DNA of 64,000 bases, from the NCBI GenBank assembly GCA_965219455.1, contig OZ244744.1, positions 1,984,001-2,048,000 of the forward strand. Reading direction: 5' to 3'. The notes under the pieces were generated by a model, which made no database searches, was not told the DNA's origin, and saw only the letters and a list, made by a program, of their open reading frames with translations. This DNA comes from Candidatus Latescibacterota bacterium. GTDB lineage: Bacteria > Latescibacterota > UBA2968 > GCA-2709665. A program made the position numbers and the translations under genes. Each line of letters starts with the position of its first letter. Position 1 is the stretch's first letter. Shown here piece after piece: positions 30,064-39,600 of this stretch.

Positions 30064-30807
30064 CTACTTTCCCGATTCGTAGAATTTGACCGCGACCTCC
30101 AGATCCAGCATCTGCAGCAGTGGCATAACTCCCTTTATGCCCCAGGCCTCCCGAGGACCGAGGGTCCCGACCAGGAAATTGTGCTGAGCCCGGAAATCCA
30201 GTGAAAAATTGTTCGTCATGAACCGTTCGACGCCGAACCCGAAATGGCCTCCAAGCGCCCACCGGCTCTCGACCACCGGTGTGAGGACCACGCCCGGGTC
30301 CAATACGTTCTCATCGGCGCCCTCGACCGCGATGCCCTTCTGCCCGGGATAAATCAGGCCGCTCACGCGATTGTTGTAGCTGTGAAATCCTCCACCGGCA
30401 ACGACGTAGGGGGACGTCATCTGGTTCGAGAAAAGGTTCGATTTGTCACCGACTCGAAAAATCACGTTGCACAGCACGCTGTTGATCCGCATACTGGCTT
30501 CGGAATTCGGGCTTGAATAATCTCTCGAGTCTTCGTTCCAGGTGAAAGTCTGACTCTCGATCTTGCCGCCGGTGTATTTCAGCCGATGATATTCAAACTC
30601 GAGCGCGGTGTTGACATCCCGGTTGTAGACCACGCTGCCACCCCACCGCACGGCCTGGTTGTACCAGTTGGTGCGCAGGCCCATAACGGGCAGGTTGTAA
30701 CCCAGCATCAACCGCCCGCCGATCCGGTTATACTCCTGTGCGCCGGAATCCGTTGCGAGAAACAACGCCAGAAATCCGACAACAGCCGTAACCCTCCATG
30801 TGCCCAT
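30064..30807 (-). CDS. Outer-membrane beta-barrel protein
   Basis: Signal peptide, amphipathic strands, PYVVAGGG, GFGVE; ATG after AAGGAGG. Confidence 0.7.
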   Translation of the reverse strand: MGTWRVTAVVGFLALFLATDSGAQEYNRIGGRLMLGYNLPVMGLRTNWYNQAVRWGGSVVYNRDVNTALEFEYHRLKYTGGKIESQTFTWNEDSRDYSSPNSEASMRINSVLCNVIFRVGDKSNLFSNQMTSPYVVAGGGFHSYNNRVSGLIYPGQKGIAVEGADENVLDPGVVLTPVVESRWALGGHFGFGVERFMTNNFSLDFRAQHNFLVGTLGPREAWGIKGVMPLLQMLDLEVAVKFYESGK

Positions 30808-31160
30808 AGACTGCCCTCCTTGGTGATGGATCAGGTCTCGCGAGCGCCGCCGACAATGTCCCGCGGGACAAGTTCCGTTTGCAGTGCTGTGGCTTAGCGG
30901 CCCGTTGAAAAAGTCCATCCGGGCCGCGGAGCAACTTTATCGACGGATTGTTAACCTGTCACCGACTCCCCCGACAACACACCCGGCGTTGCCTCCATCG
31001 CCCGTTCGGCGGCTTCCGGAACGGTGGTCTGCATTTGCGGGGAGAGGGCCGCTAATTGCGGGTACGGCAGGACGGTGCCCCTCCCACAGAGAAAGCCCTC
31101 AAGATGCCGTTTTGATACCCGCCAGCGATGCGGGTACGCCTGAAATTTAAGATATAAGGA

Positions 31161-31190
31161 ATAATAACACCTACCAACAGATTTTGTCAA
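31161..31190 (-). promoter_or_regulatory. Sigma70-like promoter for the minus-strand OM operon
   Basis: TTGACA-18 nt-TATTAT with extended -10 TG, in an AT-rich stretch. Confidence 0.6.
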
Positions 31191-31461
31191 GAGAAAAAAA
31201 GGGGTGGTTTTGAGATTTTCAGGAAGGCTGGCCCGAACTTGGGCGCGGCGGGGTGGCGCACAGGCTTTTTTTGAATGAAATCGGGCGGAAATTCAACTGC
31301 TCAGGGTGCTGCCATACGGCGCAATCGGGGCGACCATGGAATCCGTAAATTATATTCATTCCAGACTCCTGGGGGACCCCGGCGGCGAGGGGGTTCGATC
31401 TGCCGCGGGGCGGTCTGACCGATCGAAATAACACCAGCATACACTCCACGGTCGATGGGAC

Positions 31462-31490
31462 TTGCAATCCCTCCCGGTATGATTTAGACT
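31462..31490 (+). promoter_or_regulatory. Sigma70-like promoter for the plus-strand run
   Basis: TTGCAA-17 nt-TAGACT. Confidence 0.45.
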
Positions 31491-31600
31491 TGGGTTGATA
31501 GACATTCGAAACGCGGCGCCCATCCGGATTGCGCCGGTTCTCAGGCGACCCGGATTGGTGTGGCGCGGTCTCGTGTTCTGTCCCTGAAAGGATGCCGCCG

Positions 31601-33700
31601 ATGGTGGATCCCGCGGCCCCGCGGCTGATTCTGTCTGCCGATGAACTGGACGAACTGCGCAGACGCTGCTCCTCGTCTCACGCACGGTTCTACCGGGCGC
31701 TGGTCCGAGATCTGAACGGCCGTCTGGCTCACGATCCGCCCGGTACGCTCTGGGACCTGGAAGAACCGGCGTACAGCGATATCCTCGAGATCTGTTTTTC
31801 GCTGGTGGTGAACTGCGGCATCGCCTACCATCTTACCGGCGACAGGCGGTGGAGCGGCCTGGCCGAACGCTGGCTGACTCGGTGGGTCGAGGTCGACGCC
31901 GCGGATGGCGAAAAGGTCAAATCCTCCTATCTGGTGGCCTTTCACGTCATGGCCCTGGCCTATGGCGTGGACCTGTTCGGACGTGTTCTCCCGGATGCGC
32001 TCGTGCGCCGGGCGGTGGAGGTGTTGCGGGTCGAGACCGGGCGGATGGTCCGGCATATGGATACGGGCGAGGCCGGCTGGAGCCGGCGATACCATTACCA
32101 CGATTGCTGGGTGCCGGTTTTCGGCGCCGGCGTCGGCTGCCTGGCCTTGATGCCGTACGCGCCCGAAGCCGGGGCCTGGTTATCCACGGTTGAAAGAGAG
32201 GTTGAACGGATCGTCTCCATCCAGGGTGAGGACGGCGCATGGAACGAGGGCGTGGCCCCGTTGAATTACGCGCTGGCGCCCATGCTGTTCTACCTGGAGG
32301 GCCGGAAACGGATCTTCGGTGAGAATGCGTTTGATATTGCATGGCTGAAGGCGCTGGCGCGCTGGCGCGCGTACCACCTTCTGCCGGACGGAAGCCACGT
32401 ATTTCTGGACGATTCGACGCCCAGCGGCCGGTATCACGGGGAGACCGGCGGGGTCGTGGCTTTCCAGCTGTACAAGCTCGCGGCGGAGTTCAACGACGGC
32501 CTGGCGCAGTGGCAGGCGGAGCGGGAGGCGTCCCGGACGTTTCTGAAGGATTACCACGACTACGGCTGGAGCTTTCTGTGGTACGATCCGCGGGTTCGGG
32601 CGGAACCTCCGGACGGCCTGCCTGCATCGGCTTTTTTCCCGTCATTGGGTCAGTTTTTTTCGCGCGCCGGGTTTGACGAGGGCGCGTCGGTACTGAGCTT
32701 CGAGTGTACCGTTCCGGGCGGTCCGCTGGCGCAGGCCCGGCGAGATTCGTGGCTTCCGATACAGACCATTACGCACAATAAACACGCCCACTACCGGGAC
32801 CGCGCCAGTTTTACGTTTTTTGTCAACGGACACTATTTTTTCAGACCATCGGGATATTTTCGATTCGACACCGCGTTCAAGAATGCGCTCACCTTTGGCG
32901 GGCGGGGACAGTCGGTCGACCCCGACACCGGCGGTGAGGTGACGGGCCTTTATTCCGGCGAGAACGATGTATATTCGGCCGTGCGGTGTGAGGCGGCGGC
33001 GGCGTATCCCGACGTGCCGGACCTGTTCTCCTTCGAACGCACCGTGCTGCACGTCAGGAACCGCCACGCCGTGTTCATCCTGGATCGCGTCCGGTTCTCC
33101 GGCCGTGAGCCCCGCCCCGTGGAAACCCATTTTCACGTGGGGCAAGAGGTCGAAACCCGGATCGGAACGGACGGATCGCTCCGGCTGCAGGCGCCTTCCG
33201 GGCAGGCATGCCGCCTCTATCAGGCCAGTTCGCAGGCGTCGACATTCGAACGAATCCCGCAGCCGGTGGATCCCTACTGGAAGGCGTATCTGTCCGGCTA
33301 CGACATTCCACCGGAAGATCTGGAAGCGATGGATCAGGCGGATCTTCGCTTCCGTTTCGGGATGGCCGGCGAGACGTCGCTCGATGTCCTGTGGGTGATT
33401 CTTCCTCATGGCGGGGATTGCGTTGTCAGACAGCGGGCCGATGGTTCGATGATTGCTATGTGGTATATGGCACCCGATCATCCGCCACAGTTGGTTCTGG
33501 TGCCCTTACTGGAGGACGGCGAGACGCCTGTTCGGGGACCGGCGCTTCCGCAACGGCCGGAGAGGATATTTGTGCTCGGAGGGCCGTCCGGAGGCCGGAT
33601 CAGACTCGCCCTGGAGCACCAGGATGGCGAACGATGGGGTACGGTGTTGGGCGAGGGCCGGGAATATGACCTGACGGAGGCCGGGACGGTTCGTGTTTAA
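31601..33700 (+). CDS. Heparinase II/III-like (DUF4962) lyase-fold protein, divergent
   Basis: APRLIL, EDGAWNEG, FLWYDP..PP, DRASF, KNALTFGGRGQ, AAAAYP; no signal peptide. Confidence 0.75.
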   Translation: MVDPAAPRLILSADELDELRRRCSSSHARFYRALVRDLNGRLAHDPPGTLWDLEEPAYSDILEICFSLVVNCGIAYHLTGDRRWSGLAERWLTRWVEVDAADGEKVKSSYLVAFHVMALAYGVDLFGRVLPDALVRRAVEVLRVETGRMVRHMDTGEAGWSRRYHYHDCWVPVFGAGVGCLALMPYAPEAGAWLSTVEREVERIVSIQGEDGAWNEGVAPLNYALAPMLFYLEGRKRIFGENAFDIAWLKALARWRAYHLLPDGSHVFLDDSTPSGRYHGETGGVVAFQLYKLAAEFNDGLAQWQAEREASRTFLKDYHDYGWSFLWYDPRVRAEPPDGLPASAFFPSLGQFFSRAGFDEGASVLSFECTVPGGPLAQARRDSWLPIQTITHNKHAHYRDRASFTFFVNGHYFFRPSGYFRFDTAFKNALTFGGRGQSVDPDTGGEVTGLYSGENDVYSAVRCEAAAAYPDVPDLFSFERTVLHVRNRHAVFILDRVRFSGREPRPVETHFHVGQEVETRIGTDGSLRLQAPSGQACRLYQASSQASTFERIPQPVDPYWKAYLSGYDIPPEDLEAMDQADLRFRFGMAGETSLDVLWVILPHGGDCVVRQRADGSMIAMWYMAPDHPPQLVLVPLLEDGETPVRGPALPQRPERIFVLGGPSGGRIRLALEHQDGERWGTVLGEGREYDLTEAGTVRV

Positions 33701-33757
33701 AGAAACAGAGGGCGCCGTCGCAGGGTCCGTTTCGAATCCGGGACGGAGGTAGAAGCT

Positions 33758-34348
33758 GTGAGAATCAGCGGGGTCTGGGAACGGCAGCAGGAGCACGTCC
33801 CCGTCGTTATGGTCCGGGAAGACCTGGCCGACCTGCCCTCATATCCGCTTCCCCGGGGTTACGTCATCCGCTACTACAGGGCCGGCGAAGACCACCTCTG
33901 GGCCGAAATCGAGATCTCTGTGGCGTCGTTCGATTCGGTGGACGGGGCACTGGCCTACTTCGAGCGCGAGTTCGGACCGGGCCGCGACCGGATGGAGGCC
34001 AGGTGTCTGTATCTGGAAGACCCGAACGGCCGCGCGGTCGGTACGAGCACGGCCTGGTACAACGACGCGTTCAACGGAAGGGACTACGGCCGCATCCACT
34101 GGGTCGCAGTCCGTCCCGAGTATCAGGGCCGGGGTCTGGCCAAGCCGCTTCTCGCGGCCTCCCTGCGACGGATCTCGGACTTCCACGATCGCGCCTACCT
34201 GACCACCCAGACCACCAGCGCCCGCGCGATCAACCTCTACCTGGACTTCGGTTTTGTGCCATTCGAAACCTGCGATCGGTGCGCCGCGGGCTGGGCGTGG
34301 CTCGCCTCCGTCCTGGACCACCCGTCTCTCGCAGGGTACAGAGAATGA
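33758..34348 (+). CDS. GNAT family N-acetyltransferase
   Basis: IHWVAVRPEYQGRGLAK, AINLYLDFGF. Confidence 0.9.
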   Translation: MRISGVWERQQEHVPVVMVREDLADLPSYPLPRGYVIRYYRAGEDHLWAEIEISVASFDSVDGALAYFEREFGPGRDRMEARCLYLEDPNGRAVGTSTAWYNDAFNGRDYGRIHWVAVRPEYQGRGLAKPLLAASLRRISDFHDRAYLTTQTTSARAINLYLDFGFVPFETCDRCAAGWAWLASVLDHPSLAGYRE

Positions 34349-34452
34349 GTGGGTGAAGGCGGCAATGTTTTCCCCAGCGGTCGGGCGAGGGCTCGTCGCT
34401 GTTCAACTTTGATATTGGAATAGCAATCACTTTTTTAAAGGAGACCCCTTAA

Positions 34453-35328
34453 ATGGCCGGTAAACCCTATTCGCCGGAAGGGAAAACGGTTGTTCGGAAA
34501 CATGACATCATCGAAGGCCTGCGGAAGATGGGGGTGGCGCCAGGTGATACCGTGTTTTTTCACAATTCCCTGAGCAGTATGGGATACGTGGAGGGCGGCG
34601 CTGAAACCGTCATCGAAGCCTTCCTCGAGGCGGTAGGGTCACGGGGTACGGTTGCGGTGCATACGTGTCACTTCAACGGATGGCACTACGACTATGCCCG
34701 CACCAGAAGGAAACCGGCGTTCGACGTGCGCCGCTCGCCGTCCAGGATGGGGCGGATCACGGAGGTGTTCCGTCAACATCCGGGAGCGGTGAGATGCCTG
34801 GACTCCAGCAACCCGATGTGTGCGATCGGGAACCACGCGGATTACCTGGCGGAAGGCGCGATTCGCTGCTTCACGCCGTGCGGACGGGATACGGCCTGGG
34901 GGAAGCTCGGTGAACTGGATGCGCACTATATGTTCCTGGGTACCGGATGGAACAGTTGCACGATGATGCACGCCTGCGAGGAATACGGGCATGCGCCTTA
35001 CGCCTTGATGGACGAGCCGTCCCGCCTGGAGGTGGCGGACGAACGGGGCCGGAACCATCTCCACGTCCAGAAGGTGCATACGCCGAACGTGCCGCGAGAT
35101 TATTTTCTGATGGAACCTGAAATGCAGAAACGGGAGCTTGTTCAGTACGGGCAAATTGGCGATGCGAAAGTGACCAAAATGAACGCCAGAGAACTGATTG
35201 ACGAGGGCACCCGGTGTATCGTGGAAGATCCCGGCTTCTTGCTGAAGGACCGCAGCTTTATCGAGCAGTGCCGGGATCATCAGAGGGGGCTGATTCCTCC
35301 GGGTTACCGGGGCGCCTCGGACGTGTAA
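34453..35328 (+). CDS. AAC(3)/YokD family N-acetyltransferase
   Basis: GDTVFFHNSLSSMGYVEGGAETVIEA, MGRITEVFR, CTMMHACEE. Confidence 0.85.
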   Translation: MAGKPYSPEGKTVVRKHDIIEGLRKMGVAPGDTVFFHNSLSSMGYVEGGAETVIEAFLEAVGSRGTVAVHTCHFNGWHYDYARTRRKPAFDVRRSPSRMGRITEVFRQHPGAVRCLDSSNPMCAIGNHADYLAEGAIRCFTPCGRDTAWGKLGELDAHYMFLGTGWNSCTMMHACEEYGHAPYALMDEPSRLEVADERGRNHLHVQKVHTPNVPRDYFLMEPEMQKRELVQYGQIGDAKVTKMNARELIDEGTRCIVEDPGFLLKDRSFIEQCRDHQRGLIPPGYRGASDV

Positions 35329-35354
35329 CCGGATGACAGCCGACGGAGGCCGGG

Positions 35355-36050
35355 ATGCAGATTCTGCCGGATATCTATCTCGCGGACGGGTTTGCTTATG
35401 CGCAACACGCGAATTTCTATGTGTTGCATAGCGATGCGGGCACGATCGTGGTCGACGCCGGGTCGGTGCCCGCCGACCTGGATCGAGCCGAAGCACAGTT
35501 GGGCGTATGGGGGATCTCGCTGGAGAAAGTCGATTTCCTGTTCTTGACGCATAGCCATTACGATCACATCGGCAATGCGGCCGCAATTCGGGAGCGGGGC
35601 GCGTTCGTAATCGCCGGGCCGGGCGACGCGGAAGGGATTGAGAGATCGGACGCGCGCACCATTCCGTACGCCGCGGGATTCCGGTTGCCGGCCTGCAGGG
35701 TGGACCGGGTGGTCGAGGACGGCGACACGATCGAAGCCTGTGGATTCCGGTTTGACGTCATTCATGCGCCGGGCCACACGAACGGATGTGTCATCTTTCA
35801 GTTCCAACACGTGGAAAAGACGATCTGGCTGGCCGGCGACGTGCTGTTCTGCGGAAATACCAGCTATCAGCCTGAGTTGGGCTGGCAGGGGGGCGAGGAA
35901 TTCGACAAACCCACGTATATACGGACCCTGAAGCGACTTTCGGAACGGCACGTGGATTGCATCCTGTCCGGACACCATATGCCGTATCTACGGGAAGGCT
36001 ATCGACTGGTCGGGCGCGCGTACGCGAAGGCGTTGATCGAATGGCGCTAA
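35355..36050 (+). CDS. Metallo-beta-lactamase-fold hydrolase
   Basis: THSHYDHIG, PGHT, GD, SGH. Confidence 0.9.
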   Translation: MQILPDIYLADGFAYAQHANFYVLHSDAGTIVVDAGSVPADLDRAEAQLGVWGISLEKVDFLFLTHSHYDHIGNAAAIRERGAFVIAGPGDAEGIERSDARTIPYAAGFRLPACRVDRVVEDGDTIEACGFRFDVIHAPGHTNGCVIFQFQHVEKTIWLAGDVLFCGNTSYQPELGWQGGEEFDKPTYIRTLKRLSERHVDCILSGHHMPYLREGYRLVGRAYAKALIEWR

Positions 36051-36187
36051 GCGCGAGTCCGGCGCGAAGGATTGAGAGGCCGGATTCCGCGGCATACTTC
36101 TCCGGCGTGGAGCCGGGACCGTCGCATGTAACCGAGGCAGAAATCTTGTGGCAGGTAGCGGGCACACCACTGTAGCGAAGAGGAGAG

Positions 36188-37753
36188 ATGGCCGCGATGC
36201 TATCCCAACAGGATATCGCTGATGGCGCAAGGGCCCTGGGGTTGCTGCCGGGCACGATCGTGATGGTGCATTCGTCTCTGAGCAGCCTGGGACCCGTATC
36301 CGGCGGCGCTAACGCGGTGATCGACGCTTTGGTGGAGGTACTGGGGCAGCATGGGACGTTGTTGATGCCCACGCATCCGGCGCGGGACGGACGCACGTTC
36401 GATCCGGAGACAGTACCCTCGGACATGGGCGTCATCAGCGAGACGTTTCGGTTGCGGCCGGGCGTGTTGCGAAGCCGGCATCCCTATCATCCGGTAGCGG
36501 GGTACGGAGCGAGGGCGGAGGAGATCCTGTCCGATCATGAGAAGAGCGCAGCGCCCGATGGACCGGAAACGCCGTATGGCCGCCTGATTCCTCTTGGCGG
36601 AAAGGTGTTGCACCTGGGATGCGACCTGGATACGATGACGCTGCTGCATACGGTAGAGGCGGAGCTGGACCTGCCCTACCTGCGTGAATTGGAAATGATG
36701 TATGTCGATGCCTCCGGCGGTATTCGTACGTTGTCGATACGCCGTTGTCCAGGCGGTCACCGCGGCGGCGTGTTGAAATTCGATCGGATGTTCACAGCCG
36801 AGGGCGCGATGGTGACGGGTGCAGTCGGACCGGCGGTCTGCCGCCTGATCGACGCCCCGGGAGCCGCGGCCATCATGCGGCGCGAAATGTCGCGCGATCC
36901 CGGGTTTGCGCTGGACGAGAATCCGAACTGCGCCGATTGCGTGGGATACCGGGAGAAGATCGCGAGATCGTCCGCCGTCCGTCCGTCGGTCCGGCACGAT
37001 GCGCCATCCACATCGGGGGAATCCCTGAAGTCTATGCTGGAGAATGAGGATTTCAGCCTGAGCGTGCCGCTTTGGGCGGTGGATGCCAATCCCGATAAAA
37101 CGCTTGATTCGGTCGCGAAGGCGGGGGTTTCACAGGTCGAAATGCATACGAATCACCTGGTCCATATGGCTATCCTTGGCGAAGGACTGGAGGATCGGGG
37201 CCTCAACGTTGTTGTATCGCGCACACCGTTCGCATCTTCCGCGATGCTGGCGGAGGCTTGTGAAATTGCAGCCGGTTTCGATGCAAAGCACCTGCATGTC
37301 CGGCTGCCTGAGGACCTCGATCGGGCGGACCTGAACGGTGCACTTGAACGGCTCTCCCGGGTCGCCGATGACAATGGGATGGACGTGCTTGTGGGGAATC
37401 CCGCGGGTGTGAACCCGTCGGATATCGCCGGAGGGTTGAGAGAGATCGGGTCGGCCAGGTTGCAGATGGCGTACGATCCGGCGGCCGTCGCGCTTTCGGG
37501 TGGAAGCCCGTTCTATATGGGTCTGTATAAGGGACCGATCCGCCGGTTTGTGGGGCACGTCGACTTCAGGGACGTTGTGGCGGCCAGCGGGGATCCGGCG
37601 GTTCCGGGGCGGGGCAACGCGGAACCCGTAGAGATTCTTTCCAATCTCAGATGTCGAAGTTTCGATGGAATCTTCTGCCTCTGGCCGTTGCCCGGCCGCG
37701 CAGGATTCTGGAATGCGGTGAACCGTTTTCGGAATATCATGGAGCGTATCTAA
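36188..37753 (+). CDS. AAC(3)-family acetyltransferase fused to a xylose-isomerase-like TIM barrel
   Basis: N-terminal MVHSSLSSLG..GGA, RSRHP, TLLHTVE, CADC; C-terminal HVDFRD..PGRGN..FDG. Confidence 0.75.
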   Translation: MAAMLSQQDIADGARALGLLPGTIVMVHSSLSSLGPVSGGANAVIDALVEVLGQHGTLLMPTHPARDGRTFDPETVPSDMGVISETFRLRPGVLRSRHPYHPVAGYGARAEEILSDHEKSAAPDGPETPYGRLIPLGGKVLHLGCDLDTMTLLHTVEAELDLPYLRELEMMYVDASGGIRTLSIRRCPGGHRGGVLKFDRMFTAEGAMVTGAVGPAVCRLIDAPGAAAIMRREMSRDPGFALDENPNCADCVGYREKIARSSAVRPSVRHDAPSTSGESLKSMLENEDFSLSVPLWAVDANPDKTLDSVAKAGVSQVEMHTNHLVHMAILGEGLEDRGLNVVVSRTPFASSAMLAEACEIAAGFDAKHLHVRLPEDLDRADLNGALERLSRVADDNGMDVLVGNPAGVNPSDIAGGLREIGSARLQMAYDPAAVALSGGSPFYMGLYKGPIRRFVGHVDFRDVVAASGDPAVPGRGNAEPVEILSNLRCRSFDGIFCLWPLPGRAGFWNAVNRFRNIMERI

Positions 37754-37841
37754 CGAGCGGATTGCGTCTCGGCGGTCCGTAGGTACGGCCGCCACAGCGA
37801 CCTGCGGATGCCAGGAACGCGATTGATTGGGAAGGTGAAAC

Positions 37842-39542
37842 ATGTCGGAGAACGAAGACCTGCCGGAGATTGTTGTAGAGAAAAACGTCCCGGTCGAAAT
37901 GCCGGACGGGATCAAACTTCGTGCCAACATATTTCGGCCCGATGCCCCGGGCCGGTATCCCGGCCTCCTGATGCGAACCCCGTATGGAAAGGCCCAGGGC
38001 GGATTCGAGCGTTTCGTGCGGTCCGGTTATGCGGTGGTCACCCAGGATTCCCGCGGCCGCTATGCGTCGGAAGGGACGTATATTCCCTATACGGTTGAGG
38101 GCGGCACCCCCGATGCTCAGGATGGCTACGAGAGTGTCGAGTGGCTGGCGCGGCAGCCGTTCTGTAACGGAAGGGTCGGCACGTTCGGGGGGTCTTACAA
38201 CGCCTGGATGCAGTGGATGCTTGCAAAGCTCCGGCCGCCGCACCTGGTCGCCATGTGCGCCTGGTCGATTCCACTTGAAAACACCGAGGTCGACTGGTGG
38301 GGCGCCTTCCGACCCGGGCGGCGGATCAAGTGGTGGATGGGAACGATCGCGCCGGATCTCCGCAGGCGGGAGGGTGCACCTGGACCGCACCGGAAGGAAG
38401 AGGCACTGGAAATCTGGGAGAACATCGAGCAGATGCGGTGGCTATACTTTATGCCATGGTTGGACTTTCCACGTTATCTGCCCGAAGGAATGGCAGGGTA
38501 CGCCGAGGACTGGTTGCGGCATCCGAACCGCAGGTGCTGGAAATTCGACGAGGTGCACCGGGAGGTGGAAGTCCCTAACCTGGATTTCAGCGGGTGGTAC
38601 GACCATTGCGGAGGAACGATGGCGCACCTCGGGCTGATGCAGAAACATGGCCGGTCGGAAATTGCAAGAACGCAGACGCGGCTCGTTATCGGTCCCTGGA
38701 ACCACAGCGGACTGGGAAACCGGCGCCAGGGCGGGATCGACTTCGGGCCTGAGGCCCAAATGGATATGCAGGATCGGATGATCCGGTGGTTCGACCGCTG
38801 GCTGAAGGAAACCGATAACGGCATGGACCGGGAACCGCCGGTGCGGTACTTCGTGATGGGCTCGGGCAAATGGAAGTCGGCGGCGACCTGGCCCCCCGGG
38901 GGAGCGATTGGGACGGACTACTATCTGGACAGCGACGGCGACGCGCACCTGGCCGCGGGGTCCGGACGTCTGCAGGATGGACCCGGAGCTGGCCGGAAAC
39001 CCGATAGGTACGAGTACGATCCGAACGACCCGGTACCCACCCTCTGGTCGCGGGCGTTGTTTACGGAGCCTTCGGACAGGAAGATACTTGATTACCGCCA
39101 GGACATCCTGATCTTTCGGACGCCTCCCCTGGAGGTTGAAGTGGAAACCGTGGGGTATCCCGAATTGGTGCTGTACGCGGGGACTTCGGCGGCGGATACC
39201 GATTTTTTCGCCCGTCTTGTGGACGAAGTTCCGGACGGCCCGGCGACGGACGTCGCCTATGGGATGGTCCGCGCACGGCACCGGCTGTCGATGGACGAGG
39301 AGAATTTCATCACCCCGGGAGAGGTGACAGAGTATCGTATCCGCATGACGCCGACGGCCTGCAGGTTTCTCGCGGGGCACCGGATCCGCCTGGAAATCAC
39401 AAGCAGCGATTTTCCGAACCACGACCGGAATCACAATACCGGCGGGAACGACCTCGCCGAGACCGAACTGTTGACGGCGACACAGGTAGTCCATCACACC
39501 GCGAAATACCCCTCACGTTTGATCCTGAAGGTTGTGGACTGA
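37842..39542 (+). CDS. CocE/NonD family serine hydrolase
   Basis: RTPYGK, QDSRGRYASEG, GGSYNA, GWYD, GPWNH, SSDFP. Confidence 0.92.
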   Translation: MSENEDLPEIVVEKNVPVEMPDGIKLRANIFRPDAPGRYPGLLMRTPYGKAQGGFERFVRSGYAVVTQDSRGRYASEGTYIPYTVEGGTPDAQDGYESVEWLARQPFCNGRVGTFGGSYNAWMQWMLAKLRPPHLVAMCAWSIPLENTEVDWWGAFRPGRRIKWWMGTIAPDLRRREGAPGPHRKEEALEIWENIEQMRWLYFMPWLDFPRYLPEGMAGYAEDWLRHPNRRCWKFDEVHREVEVPNLDFSGWYDHCGGTMAHLGLMQKHGRSEIARTQTRLVIGPWNHSGLGNRRQGGIDFGPEAQMDMQDRMIRWFDRWLKETDNGMDREPPVRYFVMGSGKWKSAATWPPGGAIGTDYYLDSDGDAHLAAGSGRLQDGPGAGRKPDRYEYDPNDPVPTLWSRALFTEPSDRKILDYRQDILIFRTPPLEVEVETVGYPELVLYAGTSAADTDFFARLVDEVPDGPATDVAYGMVRARHRLSMDEENFITPGEVTEYRIRMTPTACRFLAGHRIRLEITSSDFPNHDRNHNTGGNDLAETELLTATQVVHHTAKYPSRLILKVVD

Positions 39543-39600
39543 TTCGGCGGCAAGCGACGCGGATACGCGAGAAAACCGGGATAGGCGGCGCGAAAATCAA

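Noticed and set aside
31370-31410. GGGTTCGATC resembling a tRNA T-loop
   Set aside because: No acceptor, D or anticodon stems could be built
34453-37753. Calling the AAC(3) and MBL genes antibiotic-resistance genes
   Set aside because: Only family-level motifs are visible; context is metabolic
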